Shown here in pieces: positions 1 to 9,450 of a stretch of 64,000 bases of DNA. The DNA is from a bacterium (GTDB lineage Bacteria > JAHJDO01). The position numbers and the translations under genes were made by a program. Location of the stretch: positions 9,512-73,511 of the forward strand of contig JAHJDO010000042.1 of NCBI GenBank assembly GCA_018812485.1. Direction: 5' to 3'. A model generated the notes under the pieces. The model worked only from the letters and a program-made list of their open reading frames with translations. It had not been told where the DNA came from and did not search any database. Numbering within the stretch: position 1 is the stretch's first letter; each line of letters begins with the position of its first letter.

Positions 1-2120
1 TTCTGAGAAGTAATTTTTTCAGGAAAAGGTGATTGTCTGAAGTAATATTCACGACCCCAGCATTTAACAATGTTTTCTTCTACTTTAAGCGCTGTCCAGG
101 GCTTTGGTACTTCATTAATAATACCTATTTTTTCCGTGAGCCATTTAGGGGTTCCGATATAATCAAAAGGTTCTTTATGTGTAATAATAGATTCCCCGAG
201 TTTATTCCTAACAATTATCTCTAAATAATAATTCCCCGGTGTAATCCCGGAAATAGGTAGCTGACATCTGCCGCTCATTGTATTTAAATCAAGAGGCATA
301 ATCCCAGAATGCAAGGTTCTATTTTCTTTATCTTTAATAGCTGCAATAGCATTTCCTGTATTTTCATCAAGAAGTCCTGTGCAATCCACGTCAACCAAAA
401 GAAGCTTTTCTTTGTTGTTGAAATTGTACGTCATGATTAGTTTCTCAGGATATTTAACTGGTAAGAAGTGATCAAAAAATATTTGACCGCTTTCCCCTGC
501 CAGTTTTATACGGATAATTCCTGCGGACAGACCTGCAAGGCTCTTTTCGATATCTATTTTTTTCGATTCTCCTGGTGAAAGGCTTACCTTCTTTTCTTCA
601 GAGAAAAACGCTTTGCCGTCTACTGTCTGCGCAGTAATGGAAAGGATGGCTTTTTGGATGCTTTTTTTGTCCGGATTCAGAATTGTAGTAGAGCAGTTGA
701 ACTTTTTTGTAAGAAGACTGTCGTAATCTATGTCAAGACGCAGATACGGTTTTTTTTTAGTAAAAACCATTGTGCCAAACCTTTCAGCAAAAAGACCCTG
801 CGCACAAAAAGAAAAGGATGAAAATTCTGTTGCATCTAACTGCCAATCCCTGCAGAAATTAAAAAGCCACTGGGAGCTGTCTAAAGGCATCTTATTTGTG
901 AGTTCTGAAAATGCGATACTACACTCTGCTATCCATACTCCTTCGTAAATATCAGTTGCATATTCCCACTTACCATTCCATGATTTGTCTCCGCCGTATG
1001 CGTCATAATGGGCGCCTATAGAATTGCCAATGAACTGATAGTACTTTTCCTTTAATTCCTTCGCTGGAATTAAAAAAAGTTCAATCGCATCATCATTATA
1101 TACCGGTCCGTCACGTTGCTTGGCCAATGTTAGCAATTCTTTTTTGACAGGGGAAAGATATAAAAAATAAAGTTTTTCATTGTCATAGCATGCATATACT
1201 GTAGTATGTTTCTTCATTAAAAGCTCAGGTATCTCAACCTTGCAGAAGCCTGTAACTTTTGCAGCTGCTTTCCATTCGTCATAGGACACTTTCCCATCAA
1301 TAACCGGAGCATTTGTTACAAATGGGATTGAAAATACAGAAGCTTCAATACTTTTTTTATCTACCGATTGAGATTTAACCGAGGTGGAACCTAAATAAAG
1401 CTCTTTTATTTCATCAGCGCTGAGAGCTCTTTTAAAAATGCACAGTTCATCATAGGCCGTTATCTCCTTGGAGTCCTTCGGACCGTAGAGCGTATTATTG
1501 ATCGAAAATTGTTCTGGAATGACATTTGGAAATTTTTCAGCATCGAGTTTAATACCCTTTACAAGTTCTCCATTTATGTATAGCTCTATGATCTCTGTTT
1601 TTTTATTCCACGTTGAAGCAATATGCATCCATTCATTTTTTACCCAGTCTTCAGGCGTATTGGCATATTCATGCATTCTTTTCCCATCTTTTAAACCCGT
1701 CCTCTGTCCGCATAGGAACAAAAGACCGAGTTTTGGATTGAAGTGTTTGTAAATAATCAGGATGGTTTCATCCGGAGCTATGGCATAAAACAGAAAATGA
1801 AACATCTCCTTCTTTCCATCCCAGTTGACGGGTTTAACCCACATGCTGATAGTGCCTGCATCCAGATTAAGATTTTCTGCTGCTTTATAAATCAGTTTTG
1901 CATCGCCAAGTACAATGGCTTTGCCTTTTTTACCTTCTATGTAATCTACCTCACCTTTAACTTCTGCGGCAGGACTACCTATAGCAATTTCTGCTTCGGC
2001 CTTACCATCATATGGAGCATAGAAAAGAATATCTTCTGGATCAATACCTATAGCTAGCGCAGATCTAAAACATAAAACACTAAAAAACAGCCCCAGAACT
2101 AAATTAAAAGTTTTTTTCAT
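1..2120 (-). CDS. Partial CDS for a secreted protein with a concanavalin/LamG-like jelly-roll domain and a CBM9/DOMON-like carbohydrate-binding region. The start codon is at 2120 and the gene continues past the window start.
   Basis: I translated the minus strand by hand from the ATG at 2118-2120. It reads MKKTFNLVLGLFFSVLCFRSALAIGIDPEDILFYAPYDGKAEAEIAIGSPAAEVKGEVDYIEGKKGKAIVLGDAKLIYKAAENLNLDAGTISMWVKPVNW...DDAIELFLIPAKELKEKYYQFIGN... and I found no stops in the stretches I checked. The ORF track does not list it because there is no in-window stop. The N-terminus looks like a signal peptide. Only short scattered + ORFs occur in 1-2100, which fits a minus-strand gene occupying the region. Confidence 0.55.
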   Translation of the reverse strand, partial: MKKTFNLVLGLFFSVLCFRSALAIGIDPEDILFYAPYDGKAEAEIAIGSPAAEVKGEVDYIEGKKGKAIVLGDAKLIYKAAENLNLDAGTISMWVKPVNWDGKKEMFHFLFYAIAPDETILIIYKHFNPKLGLLFLCGQRTGLKDGKRMHEYANTPEDWVKNEWMHIASTWNKKTEIIELYINGELVKGIKLDAEKFPNVIPEQFSINNTLYGPKDSKEITAYDELCIFKRALSADEIKELYLGSTSVKSQSVDKKSIEASVFSIPFVTNAPVIDGKVSYDEWKAAAKVTGFCKVEIPELLMKKHTTVYACYDNEKLYFLYLSPVKKELLTLAKQRDGPVYNDDAIELFLIPAKELKEKYYQFIGNSIGAHYDAYGGDKSWNGKWEYATDIYEGVWIAECSIAFSELTNKMPLDSSQWLFNFCRDWQLDATEFSSFSFCAQGLFAERFGTMVFTKKKPYLRLDIDYDSLLTKKFNCSTTILNPDKKSIQKAILSITAQTVDGKAFFSEEKKVSLSPGESKKIDIEKSLAGLSAGIIRIKLAGESGQIFFDHFLPVKYPEKLIMTYNFNNKEKLLLVDVDCTGLLDENTGNAIAAIKDKENRTLHSGIMPLDLNTMSGRCQLPISGITPGNYYLEIIVRNKLGESIITHKEPFDYIGTPKWLTEKIGIINEVPKPWTALKVEENIVKCWGREYYFRQSPFPEKITSQ

Positions 2121-2212
2121 TGTATCTTCTCCTTTCCTTTTTTTGTCTTTTGTTTGTTAAGATTTGTGGTTTTAACATAACTTTTCTTTTCTGATAGCTC
2201 ATTAAACTTATT

Positions 2213-2917
2213 CTATGGAGTATATGTAACGATTTCTCCTGTAAAAACTGAATCATCAAGAGCATTTATTTTATCTATCCCTTCTTTAGAAAGAGATTCT
2301 ACGTGCCCATCGGCAAAGAGCATATTACCCATTCCATTGTGGCAGAGATTAAATAAGTGGTGTAGAGTATCCGTCGTAAAATAGGCAGTGGTGTCTATTC
2401 TATAGTATTGACAATAATCACCTGCATCATTCTTGAAAGAATCACCAATCACAGGGTACTGAGAAGGAGACTTTAGTTTTCTAAAGATTGTTCCGATACC
2501 AGTTCCTTGAATCCATCGATAGTCACTCGCATCCGTTGGTATTACCATTCCATAGCCACCCCTATAGGCATCATCAGGATAGGTGTATCCTTCATTCTTT
2601 TTCCCAGTAGGACAATAACATATCTTGTAATCCTTTAGATAACCTGTGTATTCAAGTGTCATTGCCCAAGTACGGCCTGGAGTGGTATTATAAAAAAGTG
2701 GTCCATATCCATCATTATCATCTACATACATTATTAAGACCAACCCTAACTGCTTTAGATTACTCATACATTTTGCTTTTCTTGCCATCTCTCTTGCTTT
2801 TGACAGCGCAGGCAAGAGCATTGATGCAAGTAGGGCAATGATCGCTATTACAATCAAAAGTTCGATTAAAGTAAAACAATTTTTGCTTCCCCAAATTTTC
2901 CTTATTCTATTTAACAT
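2213..2917 (-). CDS. DUF1559 protein with a prepilin-type N-terminal cleavage/methylation domain (type IV pilin-like)
   Basis: The N-terminus [24 protein letters not shown] is the classic prepilin methylation motif with a hydrophobic helix. The C-terminal FADGHVESL is the conserved motif of the DUF1559 family, which is expanded in Planctomycetota, Verrucomicrobiota and Omnitrophota. Confidence 0.8.
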   Translation of the reverse strand: MLNRIRKIWGSKNCFTLIELLIVIAIIALLASMLLPALSKAREMARKAKCMSNLKQLGLVLIMYVDDNDGYGPLFYNTTPGRTWAMTLEYTGYLKDYKICYCPTGKKNEGYTYPDDAYRGGYGMVIPTDASDYRWIQGTGIGTIFRKLKSPSQYPVIGDSFKNDAGDYCQYYRIDTTAYFTTDTLHHLFNLCHNGMGNMLFADGHVESLSKEGIDKINALDDSVFTGEIVTYTP

Positions 2918-2972
2918 TTTTTAACCACCTTCTCTTTCGCGTTGTAACAGCTATGCTTTAGTTCAAACTCAT

Positions 2973-3542
2973 TTAATTCAACAAATAAATTACCAGAATT
3001 TTTGCTTCACCTTGTCCAATATTTCTAGGCACATGGGGAATTCTGCCATCAAAAAATATTGAATCCCCTTTTCCTAAAAGTATTTTCTTTTTTCCATATT
3101 CAAATTCTATTTTCCCTTTTAATATAAAAAGGAACTCGTTTCCATCAGTTGAAACAAGTTTTCTTTTTGAACCCTTCTTTAAGGTTAAAATAAAGGATTC
3201 AAATAATGAAGTTTTTTTATTTTCCGTTATTATTAATGATTCATATATAAATCCTCTGGCATTTTCTCTTTCAATTATTTTCCTCTCATTTTTTCTTACA
3301 ATAATATAAGATTGCTTGTGTTTTTTATTTATTCCCTTAACAAGTTCAGCCATATCGACATTCAAAGCATTTGATATCCTTAACAAAACCGGCAGTGATG
3401 GAATGGTTCTAAAATTTTCTACTTTAGATAAAAGGCTTTTTGAAAGGCCGGTTCTATTTGCTATCTCCTGCAGACTCAAATTTTTATCTTTCCTAATGCG
3501 ACGAATCTGCAGACCTATTGTTATTAAATTAATTTCTTTCAT
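2973..3542 (-). CDS. XRE-family HTH transcriptional regulator with a C-terminal cupin domain
   Basis: The N-terminal helix-turn-helix is LSLQEIANRTGLSKSLLSKVENFRTIPSLPVLLRISNALNV. The C-terminal cupin-like motifs are GNEFLFILKGKIEFEY...GDSIFFDGRIPHVPRNIG. The gene is divergent from the downstream + operon. Confidence 0.8.
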   Translation of the reverse strand: MKEINLITIGLQIRRIRKDKNLSLQEIANRTGLSKSLLSKVENFRTIPSLPVLLRISNALNVDMAELVKGINKKHKQSYIIVRKNERKIIERENARGFIYESLIITENKKTSLFESFILTLKKGSKRKLVSTDGNEFLFILKGKIEFEYGKKKILLGKGDSIFFDGRIPHVPRNIGQGEAKILVIYLLN

Positions 3543-3655
3543 GATTTTGCATGTTACAACATAGTTTCTTATTTGTCAACAAAATTGTTATTAAACACCG
3601 TTTAGAAATACTCTATCCCGATGAATATCGTGATTTATCTGCCTTGCTTTTAAAA

Positions 3656-3684
3656 TTGCTATTTCATGCTTAATATAATATAAT
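3656..3684 (+). promoter_or_regulatory. Candidate sigma70-type promoter in the divergent intergenic region, with -35 TTGCTA, a 17-nt spacer and -10 TATAAT
   Basis: TTGCTA lies at 3656-3661 and a perfect TATAAT at 3679-3684, about 35 nt upstream of the GGGAGAAAG ribosome-binding site and ATG at 3721. It sits between the minus-strand regulator and the + operon. Confidence 0.3.
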
Positions 3685-3720
3685 TCGCAGCGCTGTTAAA
3701 AACATATTATGGGAGAAAGT

Positions 3721-4707
3721 ATGAGTAAAGAAACAGATAGGAAATTCTGGAAGAATAAAAGAGTATTTGTTACAGGTGCAAACGGGTTTTTAGGCTCGTG
3801 GCTCACAAAAGCATTGGTTACATCCGGCGCAAGAGTAGTGGTTTTGATTAGAGATTGGATCCCTGGCTCAGTCCTGACAAATATGAAGAATGTTTATAAC
3901 AGTTTGGAAGCTGTTGTAAAAGGCGATCTTATAGATTACCAGCTTATAACTCGTATCTTTAATGAGCATAATATAGACTCATGCTTCCACATTGGAGCGC
4001 AGACAATAGTAGGAATTGCAAATAGGTCTCCTATTTCTACATTTGAATCCAATATAAGGGGCACATGGAATATTCTTGAGGCAGCAAGGAACATAGGGCT
4101 AGAGCGAATAGTTATAGCATCCAGTGATAAGGCTTATGGAGAGCAGCAGGATTTACCATACAAAGAGTCCTATTCGCTAAATGCACTCCATCCATATGAC
4201 GCATCAAAGGCATGTACTGACATACTCGCAAGAACTTATGCCTGCACATATGATATGCCGATTGTTGTAACAAGATGTGCTAATATTTACGGAGGCGGAG
4301 ATCTGAATTTCTCAAGAATTATCCCGGATACGATTAGATCTATTCTCCAGAATAAAAATCCCATTATCAGGAGTGATGGAACTCCGCTGAGAGATTATAT
4401 CTATATTGACGATGCAGTTAATGCGTATCTTATTGCTGCAGAAAAGGCTGATAAAAAGGGCATAAAAGGTGAAGCATTCAACTTTGGATCAAATAATCCG
4501 ATAAAAGTATTGGATTTAGTAAAGAAAATTATTGCAGTTTCCGGAAGCAAGTCTTTGAATCCTATTATAAAAGGCAAAGGTAAAAGCAAGGGAGAAATAA
4601 ACAACCAATACCTATCAAGCACCAAAGCAGAAAGGCTTCTAGGATGGAAACCAGTTTACAGTCTGGAAAAGGGAATTAGGGAAACTATTGAGTGGTACAA
4701 AAATTGA
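3721..4707 (+). CDS. NAD-dependent NDP-sugar 4,6-dehydratase of the extended SDR family, CDP-glucose 4,6-dehydratase-like
   Basis: FWKNKRVFVTGANGFLGSWL resembles the RfbG N-terminus, and the catalytic YDASKA (YxxxK) is present. The ORF track starts at 3709, but the ATG at 3721 is preceded by a GGGAGAAAG Shine-Dalgarno sequence, so I place the start there. Confidence 0.6.
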   Translation: MSKETDRKFWKNKRVFVTGANGFLGSWLTKALVTSGARVVVLIRDWIPGSVLTNMKNVYNSLEAVVKGDLIDYQLITRIFNEHNIDSCFHIGAQTIVGIANRSPISTFESNIRGTWNILEAARNIGLERIVIASSDKAYGEQQDLPYKESYSLNALHPYDASKACTDILARTYACTYDMPIVVTRCANIYGGGDLNFSRIIPDTIRSILQNKNPIIRSDGTPLRDYIYIDDAVNAYLIAAEKADKKGIKGEAFNFGSNNPIKVLDLVKKIIAVSGSKSLNPIIKGKGKSKGEINNQYLSSTKAERLLGWKPVYSLEKGIRETIEWYKN

Positions 4708-5723
4708 AAATACTAATAACTGGCGGCGCTGGATTTATTGGCTGTAATGCAGCAAAACGGTTTATGGATAAAGGGTATGAGGTAGTGGTTCTGGACAACC
4801 TGTCAAGAAAGGGTTCTAAGGAAAATTTTGAATGGCTTAAACAGCAGGGAAAATTTGAGTTCATAGATTGCGATATCAGGGATTATGCAAAGGTCAAGAA
4901 GATTTTCGCAGATAGAAATAGTATTGATGTGGTATTGCATCTTGCTGCGCAGGTAGCAGTTGCAACTTCTGTTCTAGAGCCAAGAGAAGATTTCCAGATA
5001 AATGTGCTTGGAACATTTAATCTTCTGGAAGCAGTAAGAGAAAATAAGCTTAATCCAATATTTATTTATGCTTCCACAAACAAGGTTTATGGAGGAATGA
5101 CTGACATAAAAGTGATTGAAAGAAATGGCAGATATGAATACGAATCTCTGCCAGAAGGAATCTCTGAGAATAGAATCTTAGACTTTCATTCTCCTTACGG
5201 CTGCTCAAAGGGCGCAGCTGATCAATATGTTAGAGATTATTCCAGAATATACAGACTAAGGACTGTTGTTATGCGACAGAGTTGTATTTATGGATACAGA
5301 CAATTTGGAGTAGAAGATCAAGGTTGGGTTGCATGGTTTACTATAGCTGCATCTCTGGATAAGCCAATTACGATTTATGGAGACGGGAAACAGGTTAGAG
5401 ATGTACTGTTTATTGATGATTTAGTTGATGCATATGAAAAAGCTATAGAGAATATAGAAGCTGCTTCCGGGAAAATCTATAACATAGGCGGTGGCCCTAA
5501 TAATAAGATGTCTTTGCTTGAACTTATTTCCTTTCTTGAGAGATTCTTGAATAAGAAAATAGAATACAGTTTCAGTGATTGGCGGCCCGGTGATCAACCT
5601 GTGTTTGTATCTAACATTGAGAAAGCAGGAAAAGAGCTTGCATGGCAGCCTAAAATAGATGTAGAAACTGGAGTAAAGAAACTGTCTGATTGGGTCAACG
5701 AGAATATGTCATTGTTCAGATAA
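4692..5723 (+). CDS. NAD-dependent NDP-sugar epimerase, CDP-paratose/tyvelose 2-epimerase-like
   Basis: The Rossmann motif ILITGGAGFIGCNAAKRF and the catalytic YGCSKGAAD (YxxxK) are present. At 343 aa its length and motifs resemble the Tyv/RfbE-type epimerases that pair with CDP-glucose dehydratases. Confidence 0.55.
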   Translation: MVQKLKILITGGAGFIGCNAAKRFMDKGYEVVVLDNLSRKGSKENFEWLKQQGKFEFIDCDIRDYAKVKKIFADRNSIDVVLHLAAQVAVATSVLEPREDFQINVLGTFNLLEAVRENKLNPIFIYASTNKVYGGMTDIKVIERNGRYEYESLPEGISENRILDFHSPYGCSKGAADQYVRDYSRIYRLRTVVMRQSCIYGYRQFGVEDQGWVAWFTIAASLDKPITIYGDGKQVRDVLFIDDLVDAYEKAIENIEAASGKIYNIGGGPNNKMSLLELISFLERFLNKKIEYSFSDWRPGDQPVFVSNIEKAGKELAWQPKIDVETGVKKLSDWVNENMSLFR

Positions 5724-5769
5724 TGGGAGAATAAGTGAACAAGGTGTTTCAACCCCTTGTTGTGGTGTT

Positions 5770-7014
5770 ATGTTAGCACTCATTAAAAAGGACTCTCTGT
5801 ATAAAAACAGCGCATTACTTTTTATTGCATCAATTGCAGGCAACTTCTTTCAATATCTTTTTCAATTCTTTATGGGAAGAAATCTCTCCGTCGCTGATTT
5901 TGGCGCTATGAATGCATTGCTTTCATTTACAGTAATAACTTCAATAGGAACAGGAACTGTTGCCTTGGTTATCACAAAGTATATTGCAGGGTTCAAAGGC
6001 AAAAGCGAAATAGGGAAAATAAAAGGGATTATTTTAAAGTCTTCCAAGTATATTATTCCGGCAGGAATTATCGTCTCTATTTTAATTTTTGCAGCCAGAT
6101 TCCAGATTATGGATTATTATAAGCTAGAACATACTTCTCCTGTAATAATAGTTAGTTTCTCACTTTTTGTCTCCGGTATTTTAAGTTTATTTTTTGCTGC
6201 AGCAACAGGGCTTCAAAAATTTAATTATATCGCTTTAGGTCAAATTTTAGGTCCTTTATCAAGGATTGGAAGCGGAGCTCTGCTTGTATGGCTGGGATTT
6301 GGATTGAATGGAGCAATTCTTGCTTCTGTAGTGGCTAGCATAACAGGGATTTTGATATTTAGTAAAGTAATAAGAGATATTGTAAAGGTAAAGATTGAAT
6401 CAGTAAAGAAATACAAGAAAGAAATGCTGTTTTTTTGTATCCCAGTGGCTATGTCGATTTCTTTTTACGCAGTATTGACAATGATTGACATGACACTTGT
6501 GAAGCACTATTTCTCTGCGAATATCGCAGGCCAATATGCAGCAATATCCGTGCTTGGAAAAAGCGTCCTGTATCTGCCCGGAGCGATAGTGTTAGTCATG
6601 TTCCCAATGGTGGCTGAAGCACATACAATCAATAAGGATACTCTATCAATCCTGAAAAAAGCACTTATATCTACGGCATTTCTCTGTCTGGCGGGCATAC
6701 TAATCTTTTTTTTATTCCCTGATTTTCTATTGAGATTGATTTCACGCGGCAGATATATTGGCAATGTAAATCTCCTATGGATTTTTGGACTTGCTATGCT
6801 TCCATATGCGCTGATAGGAGTGATTAACAGCTTTCATATAGCGAGACATAAGATTAGTTTTATTATTGCGCTTGTAATTATGACAATAGTTCAGGTTGGC
6901 TTAATTTGCATGTTTCACAAGTCATTAGAACAGGTTATATACATACTTTTAATATGCGGAGTACTGCTTATATTGATAAACTTCGGATTGATTTTTTATG
7001 AAAGAAAGAGCTGA
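5770..7014 (+). CDS. Polysaccharide biosynthesis protein / Wzx-like flippase of the MOP superfamily
   Basis: The 414-aa translation is very hydrophobic with at least 12 predicted transmembrane segments. Its topology and position next to glycosyltransferases are typical of O-unit flippases. Confidence 0.55.
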   Translation: MLALIKKDSLYKNSALLFIASIAGNFFQYLFQFFMGRNLSVADFGAMNALLSFTVITSIGTGTVALVITKYIAGFKGKSEIGKIKGIILKSSKYIIPAGIIVSILIFAARFQIMDYYKLEHTSPVIIVSFSLFVSGILSLFFAAATGLQKFNYIALGQILGPLSRIGSGALLVWLGFGLNGAILASVVASITGILIFSKVIRDIVKVKIESVKKYKKEMLFFCIPVAMSISFYAVLTMIDMTLVKHYFSANIAGQYAAISVLGKSVLYLPGAIVLVMFPMVAEAHTINKDTLSILKKALISTAFLCLAGILIFFLFPDFLLRLISRGRYIGNVNLLWIFGLAMLPYALIGVINSFHIARHKISFIIALVIMTIVQVGLICMFHKSLEQVIYILLICGVLLILINFGLIFYERKS

Positions 7015-7966
7015 TTCAAAATACCCTTTTGTCTCAATAATAGTAGCTGCAAAAGAGGTCTCTGAATATCTGTCAGAGTGTATAGAAAACTGTCTCAATC
7101 TTGACTATCCGGAATTCGAGATTATATTCCTGCCGGATAAAGAAGAGCGCCTAAGTTACAAAAATGTCTCCGTTATTCCTACAGGCGAGACGGGACCTGC
7201 AATGAAGAGAAATATGGGAGTTAAAGAAGCTAAAGGAGAAATTGTTGCATTCATAGATGATGATGTTTATCCTGAAAAGAGTTGGTTAAAAAATGCAGTT
7301 CGGAATTTCATTGACCCGGAAGTAGCGGCCGTTGGTGGGCCTGCTGTAACTCCTGATAAGGACGATGCCATGCAAAAAGCCAGCGGATTGGTATATTCAT
7401 CTAAACTTGTTAGCGGAGAATATAGTTATAGATATATCAAAGGAACAAGAAAAGAAGTAGAAGACTTTCCGTCATGTAATTTGATTGTAAGAAAAAGTGT
7501 TTTCGAAAAATTGGAAGGATTCAATACTAATTTCTGGCCTGGAGAGGATACCGTTTTATGTCTGGAGATAACAAAAAAATTAGGAAAGAAAATAATCTAT
7601 GAACCTGAAGCCCTAGTATATCACCATAGAAGACGTTTGTTTAAAGAACATCTTAAACAGATTGCGAACTATGCTAAACACAGAGGCTATTTTGTTAAAA
7701 GATTCCCGGAGACGTCTAAAAGGTTTTCCTATTTTGTTCCTTCATTGCTTGTTGCTGGAATAGTAACAGGTGCATTCTTTACAGGACTTTGTGTTTTCTT
7801 TAAAGCTATGTATTTTATTATACTTGGCATATATCTGATTTCAGTAGCATTTGAAACAGTAAAGTCCGGAAATCTTTTAGTATTTCCGGGAATTATCTCT
7901 ACGCATTTTGCCTACGGGATCTTTTTTATAAAAGGACTAGTTTCCAGAAGGCTGGAAGAAGAATGA
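6998..7966 (+). CDS. Family 2 glycosyltransferase with C-terminal transmembrane helices
   Basis: VSIIVAAKE...YPEFEIIFLPD and the DDD/DxD region FIDDDVYPE are GT-A hallmarks. The tail SLLVAGIVTGAFFTGLCVFF is membrane-spanning. Confidence 0.7.
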   Translation: MKERADSKYPFVSIIVAAKEVSEYLSECIENCLNLDYPEFEIIFLPDKEERLSYKNVSVIPTGETGPAMKRNMGVKEAKGEIVAFIDDDVYPEKSWLKNAVRNFIDPEVAAVGGPAVTPDKDDAMQKASGLVYSSKLVSGEYSYRYIKGTRKEVEDFPSCNLIVRKSVFEKLEGFNTNFWPGEDTVLCLEITKKLGKKIIYEPEALVYHHRRRLFKEHLKQIANYAKHRGYFVKRFPETSKRFSYFVPSLLVAGIVTGAFFTGLCVFFKAMYFIILGIYLISVAFETVKSGNLLVFPGIISTHFAYGIFFIKGLVSRRLEEE

Positions 7967-9420
7967 AAATAGTTATTGCATATCCGCCGCTTAGCCGCAA
8001 AGGAGATAAAAAATTGGTTCCACTTCTTTCCCAGAACAGACAGTTTCAATGGTTTCACAGTCCTACCTACATCTATCCCATTGTTCCTGCCTATGCGGCA
8101 ACCATGCTCAAGAATGCTGGATATGAGGTGATCTGGTATGACGGAATAGCCGAGAAAAAGACGTATAAAGAATTTCTAAATTTTGTTGCTGAAGAAAATC
8201 CGGATTTAATAATGATGGAGACGAAAACGCCAGTAGTCAAACAGCACTGGAAAATCATCAACGAACTCAAAACTCAAAATTCAAAACCCAAAACTGTCCT
8301 TGTCGGCGACCATGTGACTGCATTGCCTGAAGAAAGCATGGAGAAATGTAAAGTTGATTTTATTCTAACTGGTGGAGATTACGATTTCCTTCTCCTCAAT
8401 CTTTGCAAGGTTCTGGAAAAACTCACCACTGAACTGGAACCAGGCATCTGGTACAGGCATAACGATAAAATAAAAAATACGGGCAAGTTCAGGCTTGATC
8501 ATGATCTAAATACTCTTCCCTTTATTGACAGAGATCTAACAAAGTGGCAGTTATATGCATATAAGAACGGAAATTATAAACGAACACCCGGCACTTATAT
8601 AATGGCAGGAAGAGACTGCTGGTGGGGGAAGTGCAAGTTTTGTTCATGGACCACACTCTATCCGAATTTTAGAACAAGAAAGCCGGAGCATGTTCTGGAT
8701 GAGATAGGAATATTGATTGAGAAATATCACATAAAAGAGATTATGGATGATACAGGAACATTCCCTGCAGGAGAATGGCTAAAAGAGTTTTGCGAGGGAA
8801 TGATAGCGAGGGGATACAATAAAAAAATAAGATTTAACTGCAATATGAGATTTGGAACACTAAAGCAAAAAGATTATGATTTAATGGCGAAAGCCGGTTT
8901 CAGATTTATACTCTACGGCTTGGAATCTGCAAGACAGGAAACACTTGATAGGATACATAAAAACCTCAAGGTTCCAGAAATAACAGAAGGCGTAAGAATG
9001 GCTAAGCAAGCAGGACTGCATCCGCATCTTACAACAATGATAGGATATCCATGGGAAACCAAGGAAAATGCATTAAGGACAATTCAACTCGCAAAGGAGC
9101 TTTTTCGCAAGGGCTATGTAAATACACTGCAAGCAACAATAGTAATACCATATCCAGGAACGCCTCTTTTTGACGAATGCAAAAAAGGCAATCAGCTGAG
9201 AACTCTGGATTGGAACAGATATGACATGCAGGAACCTGTAATGGAGACACCCCTCACAGATGCTGATGTAAAACAATTTACGCAGGGACTTTACAAGTCT
9301 TTTATAACCCCAGGTTTTATATTCAGAACTATAACTTCTATAAGGGACTTTGATGATATAATTTTTATTTTACGTGCAGCAAAATCAGTTCTTGGGCATT
9401 TAACGGATTTTAGAAAATAA
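7963..9420 (+). CDS. B12-binding-domain radical SAM protein (class B-like) with a variant Cx4Cx2C cluster motif
   Basis: The N-terminus is a Rossmann-like cobalamin-binding region (IVIAYPP...DLIMMETKTP). The radical SAM core reads GRDCWWGKCKFCSW, which is C-x4-C-x2-C rather than the canonical C-x3-C-x2-C. Confidence 0.65.
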   Translation: MKIVIAYPPLSRKGDKKLVPLLSQNRQFQWFHSPTYIYPIVPAYAATMLKNAGYEVIWYDGIAEKKTYKEFLNFVAEENPDLIMMETKTPVVKQHWKIINELKTQNSKPKTVLVGDHVTALPEESMEKCKVDFILTGGDYDFLLLNLCKVLEKLTTELEPGIWYRHNDKIKNTGKFRLDHDLNTLPFIDRDLTKWQLYAYKNGNYKRTPGTYIMAGRDCWWGKCKFCSWTTLYPNFRTRKPEHVLDEIGILIEKYHIKEIMDDTGTFPAGEWLKEFCEGMIARGYNKKIRFNCNMRFGTLKQKDYDLMAKAGFRFILYGLESARQETLDRIHKNLKVPEITEGVRMAKQAGLHPHLTTMIGYPWETKENALRTIQLAKELFRKGYVNTLQATIVIPYPGTPLFDECKKGNQLRTLDWNRYDMQEPVMETPLTDADVKQFTQGLYKSFITPGFIFRTITSIRDFDDIIFILRAAKSVLGHLTDFRK

Positions 9421-9450
9421 AAAAGAAAAAAATAAGGACAGACATATTTA

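Noticed and set aside
33-2057. Short + strand ORFs at 33-224, 730-948, 1498-1752 and 1743-2057
   Set aside because: They overlap the long uninterrupted minus-strand reading frame that starts at 2120, and their translations are low-complexity. They are most likely spurious.
9421-9450. An A-rich stretch (aaaagaaaaaaataagg) between the radical SAM gene and the GT2 gene, considered as a simple-repeat or slippage site
   Set aside because: It is a homopolymer-rich intergenic spacer typical of AT-rich genomes and holds the ribosome-binding site for the next gene. It is not a perfect repeat and is not within a CDS.
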